This document shows, piece by piece, positions 41,222 to 54,633 of a DNA stretch of 64,000 nucleotides (position 1 is the stretch's first letter; every line of letters starts with the position of its first letter). Source of the DNA: Octopus vulgaris (lineage: Eukaryota); NCBI GenBank assembly GCA_951406725.2, contig OX597815.1:184264001-184328000 (forward strand), given 5' to 3'. Below the pieces are notes generated by a model that saw only the letters and a program-made list of their open reading frames with translations, was not told where the DNA came from and ran no database searches. The translations under genes were made by a program, and so were the position numbers.

Positions 41222-41472
41222 GGAGGCGCGTGGCTTAGTGGTTGGGGTGTCAGCATCATGATCGTAAGATTGTGGTTTCGATTCCTGGACCGGGCGACGC
41301 GTTGTGTTCTTGAGCAAAACACTTCATTTCACGTTGCTCCAGTCCACCACTCAGCTGGCAAAAGTGAGGAACGCTGCGATGGACTGGCATCCCGTCCAGC
41401 TGGAGAACACATACGCCATTGAAACCGCGAAACCGGGTCCATGAGCCTGGTTAGGCTTTAAAAGGGCGCATT
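41222..41472 (+). mobile_element. SINE family C, full length
   Basis: GGAGGCGCGTGGCTTAGTGGTTGGG (A box) ...GGTTTCGATTCC (B box), body TTGAGCAAAACACTTCATTTCACGTTGCTCCAGTCCAC. Confidence 0.88.
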
Positions 41473-41816
41473 TTAAAAGAATATACGATATTTGCGTAGC
41501 ATTTACTAGATTTCTCATTCAAAATCTACCCAAATCGATACCATTTCCTATGTTACTTACATTTCATATTACGGATACCATAAGAATGTTGGTGAAGAAA
41601 ATGACATCTGTATGTCATTATTCAGATTTATTTCAAGATTATTTTAAGTAACGAGAAGATAGATTTGGTAATAAACTGTATTCAATACAGCATTCGTTTC
41701 CACCCATAGAAATATAGCACGACTACAAACAACAGGTAGCCCGAACTGTGCCAGTGCTCCACTCAACACTTAAACACACTTCTCGACTTACACCTATTAG
41801 TCCGAAATATTAATTA

Positions 41817-42057
41817 TTATAATGTAACACACTCACCGGTAAAATTTTCACTTATTTCTTAAGACTATTGAAAAGCTTGCAAGACACAACGAACTTTTTA
41901 GGAAAATAAAAACAAGAAATAAGTGGAAATTTTACCGGTGAGTGTGTTACATTATAAGGCACAAAAAGAAAGTGAATCTCCCCAGACACAACAGAATATG
42001 CTTCAACACACGAACTCATATAAAGAATCTTGCAAACCAAATCCCAAAACGAAATAT
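41817..42057 (+). mobile_element. Fold-back element homologous to 3262-3630, flanked by a 17-bp direct repeat
   Basis: Inverted arms ACACACTCACCGGTAAAAT / ATTTTACCGGTGAGTGTGT; CGAAATATTAATTATTA at 41803-41819 and 42050-42066. Confidence 0.75.
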
Positions 42058-43622
42058 TAATTATTAATTATATATGTATGTATGTATATGAATATATATA
42101 TATAATTGCAAATTGGGTTATATTTGTTGTAAGAAGTTTCATGGGTTATGTGGAATTATGAATGTGATTATTGTAGATAGAATCAGAAAAAACGCACTTA
42201 ATTATTAGAAAAATATTCCTATTGCGATTTTTAGACTCGAAAATTTACACATTTAATATGCATCAATTTTTATATGATTTATTGTGTTATTGCATGATTT
42301 TCCTCATAAATGAAGACATTCTGATACCTCATCATTTAGATTGAGACATGTGATGTAATATTTATTTTGATTGATTGCGACACCTCGCAAAAATAGTTTT
42401 ACATAAATTTATTTTAAATGCACGCAAAATATGTTCCTTCATGCGAAAAAAAAAAGAAAACGATAAAATTGTTTGTCTCAGAATGCTGAATCTTATTTTT
42501 ATCATCCCTCTTTTACTCATGATGTAGTCACACGTAATTTGACACCCCCATCAACCCGTACCATTTCCTCCGTGCTTGTATAGAAATGCAAATTTCAATA
42601 TAGCTGGAATATAACTATTACGTGTATGCACATGTGGCTTACATGAGATGACTTCTTTTCATTGAGGAAAACCAGAACGCATTTATTTAACTGAGGGTGA
42701 ATAGACGACAAATTAGTTTCACATTTTATACATAATTAAGTATTTGTATTTTGTTCAGCTTTTTCTTTTTCAGCAAGTTATAATAGATCAACAAATGTTG
42801 ATAAATCCTGTCTTATATTCTCCTTTATATTTGCATGTATGTTGTTACACCTTTTGTTTAAGAAATGAAAGGAAACACGAGTCTAAGCACATGGTAATAA
42901 ATTGCTCATTTATTAATAGTATATACAAATGCTTCATTTAAATCCTCGTCTCCCTCTAATTGTAAGTTTGTTTTTATTCTTTTATCCTCAACAATGCTTA
43001 TATTTAACACAAATGTTGTTTATACCTAACATACTTTTTCTCTTTCGGTTTGGCTTGGCGCATGAATTACAGTTTTTTGTTTTTTTAATGCAACTATTGC
43101 AAATTTTTCTATGTAAATAAGTTCCTTCCAAAGGGCTTACCCACTAATATATTCAATGTGCTGTTTTTTTATTTTTTATTCTATATTTTGTGTTAACAGG
43201 AATTGATATCTCGATTGATCGCATTCATTCTATTCGCCATTAAGCAAACCGATATTGTGTAGGTTTATTGATAATGGACAGTTGTTGACACAGCAAATGT
43301 TTTTAATAAGTCATTCGATATGAAGTTGTATTATATTATACAGATTCCCCACGTAATTGTACGCCTGATTGTTCACGTTTCGTGTAATTATTCATATATT
43401 TGATCCTTATATAATCTTCGAGCAAACACCGAGTGAGAGAAATGTCAGTCATTGACTGATTTTTACTCGAGCAGTAAATTCGATAAAAAGTATAGGTGAT
43501 GAATGTTCTACTATATTTCTCACATTATTTTCTCATAAATTTGCTAATGACAATAAACGAATAATTCTATAATCTTCAGATGTTTGAAAAATATATATCT
43601 TCATATAGATTTTAGATTTCGC

Positions 43623-43674
<52 letters not shown>

Positions 43675-45711
43675 GTGTGTGGGTGTTTGTGCGTGTGTAT
43701 GTGTGTGTGTGTAATAGACTGGCAATATGATCTATGGTTTCATGTGGATAAATCATGCAATCTTTTCAAGCATTTTTCTAAGGATTAATCAAAAAATAAA
43801 GGATGTATCTATCTGTCCATTGCGGTACTACGTACTCATTCCCCCTATTTTCTACTAATGTATAAACATCCCCCCCACACACACACATACACATATATAT
43901 GTGCTTGTGTGTGTTTGTGTGTAATTGATACATGATATACATAAATGTGTGTGAGTGAAGAGAGAGTGAGCGGAAGAGAGGACGGACAGATACTTGTGTG
44001 TGTACACAAACACATGCAGATTTAGATAATGTCAGAATATATTTGAGTAAATGTTGCGAAATTGTATACTTCTATTAGCCATTTTTTTTTCTTTTCGTAA
44101 ACATGTAAATTCTAATATTGATAGTATTTATATATAATTTATATTCTGCAATATCTTAAACAAGTTCAGTGCATTTCGCAAAGCCATTCAAGCGTAAAAA
44201 CTATTTGTGCATTCTGTCATAAATCCAATGCGATCGACGTTTTAGGTTTTGACTCCTTCTGCTTACCATTTATCAGTATGCGGCATAAAAAAACATGAAA
44301 CCCGTGAAGAAGTTCCCGTTAAGAGATTGAAAAATCTATGATGAGAAGACAAAACAACCATTAGCATCTATTCCCTAGTGTGATGATATAGAAGTTATTG
44401 AGTGCACATTAATATCTCATATAAGTTCCGTACATAGAACTGTCATTTCAGACATTCTTCGTCTATGCTCTATAAATTTGATCGCTTGCCAAAGATCGCT
44501 GCTAAAGTGTAAAGAATCTTACATAGGCTACGTCTAATAATTTGGTTATGTTTTATTTTTTCGATTTCGTTCGTTTAAATGGGAAATCTAGATAACAATC
44601 TTCTATTACGCTGTAAATTGTCTGTTTTTTTTATATGTTAAAATATTAGTCTTTTCAAGATGGATGTAACAATGGTGTTTTAATAAAATATCCCCTAATG
44701 TGCATATGTTTCTTACAAATGGGAAAGAATCAGGTATTTTATTTGTGAAAATTTGCAAAACAGTTGTATATATTTTGTAATTAAGTAGCAAATAACTCTT
44801 TGAGTAATGAGTCTAGTAGAGTGAGTTTCTCGTCAGACGATCAGAAAGAATGTTTGTGTTATATTTTGCGGAGAGAAATACCTGTGAGGAAAAGTTCGAC
44901 AGGAAATAAGTTAATGGTTTTCTAATGACCCTGTTTACTCAAAGTAGATTTGTTTACAATATGCTATGCTTTGTAACTTTATATGCAATAAAAGTCAATG
45001 CAAGATAGATACAAAGTGAAGAATAGTATTCCTGTGAGTTTACTCAATAGTTTAAGTCCTGCGGAAATAGGAAAAAAATATATATGTAGACGTTTAATAG
45101 TTGAATAATCTATGCAGAATTTGTTTTTTATTCTTTTTAATCCTAACGCCATAACAGTTGTTAAATAAGCAAAAGTTTTGAAGTCCATTTCGGTCAAATA
45201 TCGATGCGATGGAATACTGATAAGAAATATATATTTGAGCTTCTAGTAAGTCTTCAATATGATATTTCAAGGACATAGAAATTTGTAATATACTGTTTGT
45301 ATAATATTTATATTATCTAATATTTATACAATCTGTCGTTAATTTCGAAATGCCTCTGTTGTGAGTTAAGAAATTGACAGAATAATGTATAAGCTGACTT
45401 TGATAAGAGGCAAAAGTCACTATATATAGATTCACAAACATAACCCTATTCTATGCACAAATGGTTGCTGAGCTGTGATAAAATTCAGCTTTACGATAAG
45501 CATTTACAATCTACTTCCGTATTGAGTACTGTTTGTCTTGGTGGCAAACTCAAAAGTATATATACACAGATGCTTAACGCAGACATGCGAGCGGGAAATA
45601 TCGGCGCATGTTTTTCTCTTTTTTAACTGAAGTATAATTTTATTTATTTTTCATATTAGCTATATGAGGGTTGACTGGGATTTATAGCTCTTATGAGGGC
45701 ATATATGTACT

Positions 45712-46010
45712 CTAGGCACAAGGCCCGAAATTTTGGGGGAGGCGGCTAGTCGATTACATCGACCCCGGTACGCAACTGGTATTTAATTTATCAACCCCAA
45801 AAGCCTGAAAGGCAAAGTTGACTTCGGCGAAATTTGAACTCAGAACGTAAAGACAGATAAAATTCCGCTGAGTATTTTGCCCGGCGTGCTAACGTTTCTG
45901 CCAGCTCGCCGCCTTACCATATTCTTTTCTATTCTGGGAAAAAGGCCCGAAATTTTGGGGGAGGAGACCAATCGAGTAGATTGACACCAGTACGCAACTG
46001 GTACTTAAGT
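45712..46010 (-). mobile_element. SINE A full copy plus a second tail fragment
   Basis: Reverse complement of family A ending at CCAGCTCGCCGCC (about 45913). Confidence 0.85.
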
Positions 46011-46683
46011 TTAGCTCACAGGAGTAACATCATGAGTTTGATTCTGGGCAGCGCGTTTCATCCTTCATAAAGACATTTTACTTACCGTTGCCCCAGTCCA
46101 CTTATTTGACTAAAACTAATTGTATTTGAAAGGGCCTCGTTATCACATTCTGTTAAATATTCATGTGTCTATAGAATGCTAAGCGATTGCATTTTTACTC
46201 TCCACATTTGCAAAGAAACAAATACGCTACCTTTTAACAGAATAGTAGAAGGGAAGTTTAATAGACGTTATGAAGATAAAATCAATTACAAAGCTACAAA
46301 CGTTGATTGCAAATAGAATGCCATATTGCAAGGCGAATTATTGCACCACAGATTGCACAACACATATAAAATCTTTATGAACGAGAAAATGAATTTCGAA
46401 ATTTTTTTCGCGTTATTTCTAAGCGTAATTTTTTCGAGGAAAGATGAGTTTTAAGTTTCTGTGCTTGTTGTTCCAAAGTGAGACTGCCCTTCGAGGATTA
46501 GTTATCATTCATCTTTAGATCTTTATATAATTAGATTTTTCTTATTTTTACTCATTTATGCCAGAAAATTTTAAATATTGGGTACATTTAGAGAACGTAC
46601 CATGTATTTAAAGATTATTAACAAGAGTTTTAATATTACACACAGTGTCTGATATAGTCGTATCGCATTACACACACGTACAC

Positions 46684-46756
<73 letters not shown>

Positions 46757-46759
<3 letters not shown>

Positions 46760-47210
46760 TAATCCAAACAAGAAAAACAAAAAAGACAACAACGCAAAAA
46801 GTGGAACAATTGAAGTATTATTAGGCGCTCAGGAAAAAAGAGGAAGAAGGAGGGTATGACGTTTCGAGCGGAGCTCTTTGTCGGAAACATAAGAGAAAGA
46901 AAGATCCCGAGGTGGGAGGACAGAGGGAAAAAAACGCGAGTGGTCTTCAAGAGGTAAACATACTGAGAGGCGGAAGTCGTAGACGAGAGGGGACAGGTTT
47001 TCAAAATCGCCAACGTTACACACGCGGTCACATTTTGAAATATATATATATAAATATATATTTCAAAATGTGACCGCGTGTGTAACGTTGGCGATTTTTT
47101 TTCCTCTGTCCCTTCTCTGGATCTTTCCTTCTATGTTTCCGACGAAGAGCTCCGCTCGAAACATTAAACCCTCCTTCTTTCCTGAGCGTCCAATAATACT
47201 ATATTTGTTC
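46757..47210. mobile_element. Head-to-head inverted pair of family E-like hammerhead-bearing elements
   Basis: Perfect inverted core AAAATCGCCAACGTTACACACGCGGTCACATTTTGAAA / TTTCAAAATGTGACCGCGTGTGTAACGTTGGCGATTTT around an AT spacer; motifs at 46854-46888 (minus) and 47135-47169 (plus). Confidence 0.8.
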
Positions 47211-47732
47211 CACACACACATACATGCATAGATGCCTACATACATGGAAACATACGTACACACATATGCACACACCCACTTCAAGTTATATGCGTCGGGA
47301 AAAAAGATTTCGCTATCGTATAACATAGAAAGCATTAATGATTCTTTCAGGTTTGTCGAATCATAACTTAACTGATGATCCAATATGAACTTAAGGGAAA
47401 CGCCAGACACTGTTTCGACTTGTATAGACATGCATACACAAGTGTGTGTGTGTGCCTGCGTGCGTGTGTGTAGAGTGTGTGTCTATGTTGTCTGCGTATG
47501 TGTTCTAAGTCCAATGAGAGTGATTCCAAATATTTGTTTGAATGAGACAAACACAAAGCGAGCCAACGAAATCAATGTTACTCTTTAATTTCATGGCGAA
47601 CAAGATGCGCACGCGCGCATCACTATATAGTGTACAAATACATAGACACGCATACATACAACGTGATAAATTCATATTAATAACACAATCTTGATGTATA
47701 CTCATTCTTTATTATAGCTGCAATCAAAGTCC

Positions 47733-47885
47733 GCGAGCTGGCAAAATCGTTAGGAAGCGGAGTTCAAAATCCGGCAACGTCGCTTTTACCCCCTTCCTTT
47801 CGGGTTGAGCAAATAATTCTCAGTTGAACACTGTTATCTGCCGACACTTCTCCGCAAAATTTCAGGTCTTGTGCCTGGAGTAGAT
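47733..47885 (+). mobile_element. SINE A, highly diverged
   Basis: GCGAGCTGGCAAAATCGTTAG...GAGTTCAAAATCCG...CCTTTCGGG...CTTGTGCCT. Confidence 0.6.
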
Positions 47886-48014
47886 TTTTACAGCATTAAG
47901 AAACGTTACGTGCGATATTATACATTTATAAAAAAAAAAGATATTATACATTTATAAAAAAAAAAGACAAACACACACACACGCGTGTGTGTATGTATGT
48001 ATGCATATATATAT

Positions 48015-48246
48015 ATTTCTTTATTGCCCACAAGGAGCTAAACACAGAGGGGGACAAACAAGGACAGACAAAGGGGTTAAGTCGATTACATCGACCCCAG
48101 TGCGAAACTGGTACTTTATTTATCGACCCCAAAAGGATGAAAGGCAAAGTCGACCTCGGCAGAATTTGAACTCAGAAGGTAACGACACACGAAATACTGC
48201 TAAGCATTTCGCCCGGCACGCTAACGTTTCTGCCAGCTCACCGCCT
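48015..48246 (-). mobile_element. SINE A, full length
   Basis: Reverse complement of family A. Confidence 0.9.
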
Positions 48247-50301
48247 GTATGCATATATATATGTGTGTGTGTCTGTGTATATTTCGATATCTGTCCATTC
48301 ATATATCAATCACTCGATCCTTCTATATGTGCACATATGTATTTACGTGTGTGAGTACACGCTTTAGCAGTAGGATATTTGCCCCAGTTATGAAGTAGAG
48401 TGGTTTTCTTTTACCGTTTGTAGATACTTATAAGATTGACCTTCTGATATTTGTGTTTATTGTTTAACCTTCACTCCTGCATCAGTAAATTACAAACCAG
48501 CATTAAATTCATAGCAATAAGTTTCCGCGCCCACAGTCAAAATCACTGAAACAAGTACATGAATAAAATAACAAAATAAAAGTTGCTTGTTCATATTTAT
48601 AGGGGAACCCTCTCCATTTCATATCGCTTACATTGTTATGCAATAATCCTATACTTCCTACAGCTTTCATTAGCAGGCCGAACTGCTATTTGCCCCAAAG
48701 TAATTATTGAAAAATTATAATTACATCGAACACGTTTCGAATAAGGGCCAGTTCGTGGATCTCTTTATTGTTCGAACTAAATTTCAAAGCAATCACTCTT
48801 ATCAAATTTGTCCTGATGCTCTTATTTGAATATTTCTAGAATCCCTGTTGACAATATATTTAGTATGCATCATGCAACTGGTTTCAAAGCATCAATGAAA
48901 TGCCTTTTGGAAGCTAACTCGAAGTTTGATATCGTTGAATAGAATTTTAATTTGTCCACCGAGAAGCGATTGATTGAAATCTGACAAGAATTTCCAATTT
49001 TAAAAGCTACAAACAACATTCGCCCACCAAACATCTAAAGTAACTAATCCTCCGGTTGATGCAGAAACTTCTAAAATTAAGAAGCATCGTGCAAATGACA
49101 TGGGTATGAAATGTTTTTCACGCTAACCGAAACGCTCTCTTCTAATTTCAACAGTTTAATTGCATTTTTACCTTATTTAAATCTCTTAACTAAAGTATCA
49201 TGAAAAATACTACTTGCTCATTCACTGAAACTTGTCTTTTTTATTATGGGATGAACGGGTAGAGTAACTTGTGTTAGTCTTCGGAGGTGTAACTTGTTTA
49301 CGGGTGGGATAACTTGTGTATGGGTCGGGTCACGTGTATTATTCTTCTTAGTGGTTCGTTCGCTTTGGTCTTCAACAAACACCCAGTTCTAACTTATGGC
49401 TTATCAACACTGTCCTTATGCAAGAGAAGCCACACCTCCTGCAACGTCTTCCACAGGCCGGCTTAACCATGGTGAGGGTAGCCGATGGATTTCGAAGATG
49501 CAGTGAGCTAGGGCTAGTCTACCTATGAATATGAAGTCTAGACCCAGTGTGCTGAGGAGAGTAAACCCCCAGATTGTTTCTACTGGCAGGAGGGAAGAAC
49601 AGCAAATGCTGTCGAGCGCGAACAATGCCCAGTGACGCATGAAGGACACTGTTTTTATTCACTACATCCCGACTTATCTCTCGTCATCTTCACATCGTCC
49701 TGTCATTGGAGTCATATAGCAAAGGAAGTGATAGTAAGCTAGATCATGTTGCGCAACCCTCCCTCAATATAATCCAGGTCACGCGAGTGTAAAGACACCA
49801 CACATTGCAAAAATTACATAAACATTAGATTTCATTCTTGTTGACATGTCGCTGCCATTCTATCATTTCTGAAGCTATAACACATTACTCACAGTATAAT
49901 ATTTCAGAAGTATACCATCACGAAGACAAGAGTTTAAAAATGTTTCCTTTCTTTCTAAATGGCAGCAATATCAACTTCGAGAGTAGGAGGCAGTGCAAAG
50001 CTTCATAATGAACACAGCTTTGGTGTTGGATAAGCAAAAGAAAACAAACAGATCACGCACATACATACACACACACATTAACACACACATAAGCACAAAG
50101 ACACTATACTCACACAGACACACATCTACTTACATTATATACGTATATATATAGTAAAAGTAATCAAGATTCAAGTGACTTCTGTTGAATTCACATGAAT
50201 GAGGTACTTAACTTAGATGCACCAGAAATCTATATGGTATTAACCATAAGATAATGCGGGGTGATTATAAGCAAGAAAAAAACAACAAAAATGGATCAAT
50301 A

Positions 50302-50390
50302 TTTCAGTACAATTGTTTCGTACGAAGACACCTTTATTAAGGCTGCAAATATTGCAGCAAATACACGTGGCCCGTACTCATCAGCCGAAA
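50302..50390 (-). ncRNA. Type I hammerhead ribozyme with intact canonical core
   Basis: TTTCGG-CTGATGA-GTACG..(large loop with GCTGCA/TGCAGC hairpin)..CGTAC-GAAAC-AATT-GTA-CTGAAA: 6-bp stem I, 5-bp stem II, palindromic stem III (ACAATTGT), GUA cleavage triplet. Confidence 0.75.
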
Positions 50391-50874
50391 AAACATCTGA
50401 GTTCTCAAAACATCTAAGGGGGTGAGGCTGCACTCATTAAACATTCGGGATAATTCTATAAAAATCAGATCTAGATAATAAACGGACATCCAAAGTTCTC
50501 TAATGTTGCACAGTCAAATAACAGAGTTTAAAATAATATTTTAAAAAACCTCTTAGTTTCACAGAAATTGAAAATGTAAATCTATCCATAATAATGAAGA
50601 ATGTTTGAATTCTGGAGATATGAGGAGAGATTTCATACTCACAGACGATGTATTTATCCATAATTAGTTCATAATAAAGTGGGTTTCCTGATGTATGAAG
50701 GTATGCTGGTTGCATTTCTGATCATTTTTCAAAACTGCTATGTTAGAATTTGTTGAAGGAAATTTAGTGGAGCGTATAGACAATCACTCACAAAGGTATA
50801 AAGGGTAACTGAGAAGGACTGGGATTGCAAATATCCACCTACGCAGAATAGTTTCTTTCAGTGGAGACAAGCTG

Positions 50875-51110
50875 ACTCTTTACTCTTTTACTCTTTTACT
50901 TGTTTCAGTCATTTGACTGCGGCCATGCTGGAGCACCACCTTTAGTCGAGCAAATCGACCCCGGGACTTATTCTTTGTAAGCCCAGTACTTATTCGATCG
51001 GTCTCTTTTGCGAACCGCTAAGTGACGGGGACGTAAACACACCAGCATCGGTGGTCAAGCAATGCTAGGGGGACAAAAACAAACACACACACACACATAC
51101 ATATATAAAC

Positions 51111-51143
<33 letters not shown>

Positions 51144-51309
51144 TACGACAGGCTTCTTTCAGTTTCCGTCTACCAAATTCACTCACAAGACATTGGTCGG
51201 CCCGGGGCTATAGCAGAAGACACTTGCCCAAGATGCCACGCAGTGGGACTGAACCCGGAACCATGTGGTTGGTTAGCAAGCTACTTACCACACAGCCACT
51301 CCTGCGCCT
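50875..51309 (-). mobile_element. SINE B, full length, with (GTAAAAGA)n tail
   Basis: Complete structure with a clear 8-bp tail repeat. Confidence 0.93.
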
Positions 51310-51704
51310 AGATACTAGATACTCCTGACTGGGTTAGGATTCGTAAGAATCTAAGAGTTTTAAAAAAAGAAAGCTAATCTTGACCAGTATTCTGTTGTTA
51401 ATTGCTATAGAAAGAGGACAAGGGAAGGTAAAGGCGGGTCAAAAGGTTATCACTATAGGAAAAAGTATTAACAGATTTCGGTGCAACACTAGAAAAGAGG
51501 TCATTCAATTTATTTCTTTATTAATTAATGTTACTACTTATACCTTGGCAGACTTTGGGGGTCAAAAGAAAGAATTGGGAGTATTGTTTTTCATAATGAA
51601 AAATCGTTATATTATTTCTATGGGATTAGCTTTAATTTATTTATAGTATATAAGAATTACGAAGTTTTATTAACTTATTTGCTTTAAGTTGGTTTACCTA
51701 AATT

Positions 51705-51850
51705 ACCTATATATACACATATATAATTATATATATATATATATATATACACATATATAATTATATATATATATATATATATACATATATAATTATATAT
51801 ATATATATATATATACACATATATAATTATATATATATATATATATACAC

Positions 51851-51883
<33 letters not shown>

Positions 51884-52145
51884 TAATTATATATATATAT
51901 ATATATACACATATATAATTATATATATATATATACACATATATAATTATATATATATATACACACATATATAATTATATATATATATACACATATATAA
52001 TCATATATATATATATACACATATATACACATATATAATTATGTATATATATATATAGTTATATATATGAACACACACATAATTATATATATATATATAT
52101 ATACATATATGTATATACGTATAGTTATATATGTGTGTATCTATA

Positions 52146-52180
<35 letters not shown>
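51705..52180. repeat. Compound (TA)n array with recurring CACATATATAATT units
   Basis: Directly visible. Confidence 0.92.
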
Positions 52181-52184
<4 letters not shown>

Positions 52185-52390
52185 GAAAGAAAGAATGGAG
52201 TATCTTCGTTCGACTCCATTCTTTCATTTATTCATTTATAACACATAAGTTTCTGCACATGAACTCGGAGTTTCTACCCTTGGACAGGTCGCTTCAACCG
52301 TGTTTCTGACCTGAATTTGCTACCCTGGTATCGGCTCAACGAATTTTCCATGGTGACGATAATCATAGGATAATTCATTCACCTATTGAA

Positions 52391-52421
<31 letters not shown>

Positions 52422-52516
52422 CTTCTAATATAAGGATAAGTTATTCAGAAATATTTTATCAGTGGCCAGCATATTAAGATACCTTTTAAGGTGAAAATTA
52501 TAAACAGTTATAATTC

Positions 52517-52562
<46 letters not shown>

Positions 52563-52938
52563 TAGAGCATTTATATATAGATAAATATAGATAAATGCTC
52601 TAGTATCTATACAGCCTTGGTCTTTTATCTCATTACGCAAAAAATTCATATATACATACGCTGACAGAACCAACGTTGAACCCTTTATTCGCAATATTAC
52701 CGAATCTGGAACTTAACTATGGTCTGTGTATAGCACTTATTCAGGATTACCTGACACCTTTGGGTGTCAATGAAACCATTATCTCTTATCTCTATATAAT
52801 GGAATATATCTCTTATCTCTATGTAATGGAATATATTTTTTGAACAAACTGCGATTTCTCTCTGAGTTGAAATACATAAAAACAAAGAACCACAAACACC
52901 ACGGAACATACGTATACTTCCCACACGCACATACATGC

Positions 52939-52987
<49 letters not shown>

Positions 52988-54280
52988 ACGTAAGTAACCA
53001 CACACCCACATACTTTCACAATCAGGAGATGCACACCACACATATACACACACACGCATACGGGCACACAAACACATATAGGCACATGTGTACACGCAGT
53101 CAAACACACACACATACATACACATACACTCGCACGCAAAAACCTATACTTCTTGATTGCAGCTCTGTATCATTCCGTCTCATGCAAGTTATAACAGATT
53201 ATTCTACACATTCCCTTTTTTTAAACAATTTAAAATCTGGCGCATCAACTCATTTTAAAACCACAATAACGTAATTTTCCTATAATTTGGATGTCCTTCC
53301 AGCATTTTATCACGTTAAGCAGTTCTCAGTAATATTTCCCCTCCATAAGTTTTATTGCCTCTGTTAAGTGAATTAACAGTATTTATTTTCCTGGCAGTTA
53401 TTGTCTTTGTTTATTTTCTACGAATTTATATTGTTTTATTATTCCGGCATATGTACTTATGTATACATCACCGAATTAAGGAAAGAATATTTTAAAATCT
53501 GAATTCTCCCCACTGACTTCATTAAGTTTACTTAAACATTATTAATCCATGTTTTGTTTCCTTAGTAGGGTTTGAACGTCCAACAATTTAAGATGGCTAG
53601 CTCGAAACATTATTGTGTTATATCTCTTATTATGCAATTTATTCAGCGTGAATTGCATGAGAATCTGGTGGGTGATACAGCTAATCTCTTACAAATGCAA
53701 TTTGCTATTACGAAGTTATATATAGAAAACACATTCTCTTCAAACTATTCCAAAGCGCAAAACGAAAATAAAAAACAATTATAAAATTCTCCGTTCTTTT
53801 GAAAAAGCATGCATGTGGAAATCTGATAGCTGAAAATCAAGCACTTAATTTCAGAAGTGATAAAAATGGAATTTATTAGCAACGATGCATTATGATATTG
53901 TTGCTTGTTCGAATGTTTACAAGGTGCATTTCTGATCTTCAGGGGGATGAAAATGTGGAGAAATATTGGAGTGGATTCGATTCTTATATCAGAATCGAAG
54001 ACCGGTATTATCAATCAAATTACAGATTTAATTTAATTACTTCGGCTGTCAAATTTAACTGCTAATACATCACAATCGAAACGCTGAGATCATCAATATC
54101 TATAAGGATCATTTTAGCCGTAATATATGCTAGAAGAGAATCACTAATATCTTAAGGTAACGTGAGTCATAAATGATTAAAATGATTACGGAGAGATAAG
54201 AAAATACATATATATATATGTATGTATGCATAAATGTGTGTGTATGTAAATATATATACATATACACACACATGTAAGTA

Positions 54281-54316
<36 letters not shown>

Positions 54317-54582
54317 GACACAGAGGGCTAGATAGATAGATGGATAAATATATATACATACATTTATATATGTGTTTATATATATATATATATAAATAAT
54401 AATAATAATAATAATAATACTTATTATTTTAACTTATTTTATATTTATCATTCTTTTTATACTTTTTGGAAATAAAAAAAATTATATATTATATTAAAAA
54501 ATACTCATATTATTTGTTATTTATGTATCGGTTTATGTCTATCACTGTTTGAGTTGCCTAATAGTGGTTTTATCTCTAATTC

Positions 54583-54633
<51 letters not shown>

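Noticed and set aside
41222-41295. tRNA-like sequences at SINE heads (also 6420-6494 and 56065-56138)
   Set aside because: A and B boxes are present but there is no complete cloverleaf, and each continues into a SINE body
47914-47965. 26-bp tandem duplication (and a 27-bp one at 52780-52833)
   Set aside because: Ordinary local slippage duplications with no further structure
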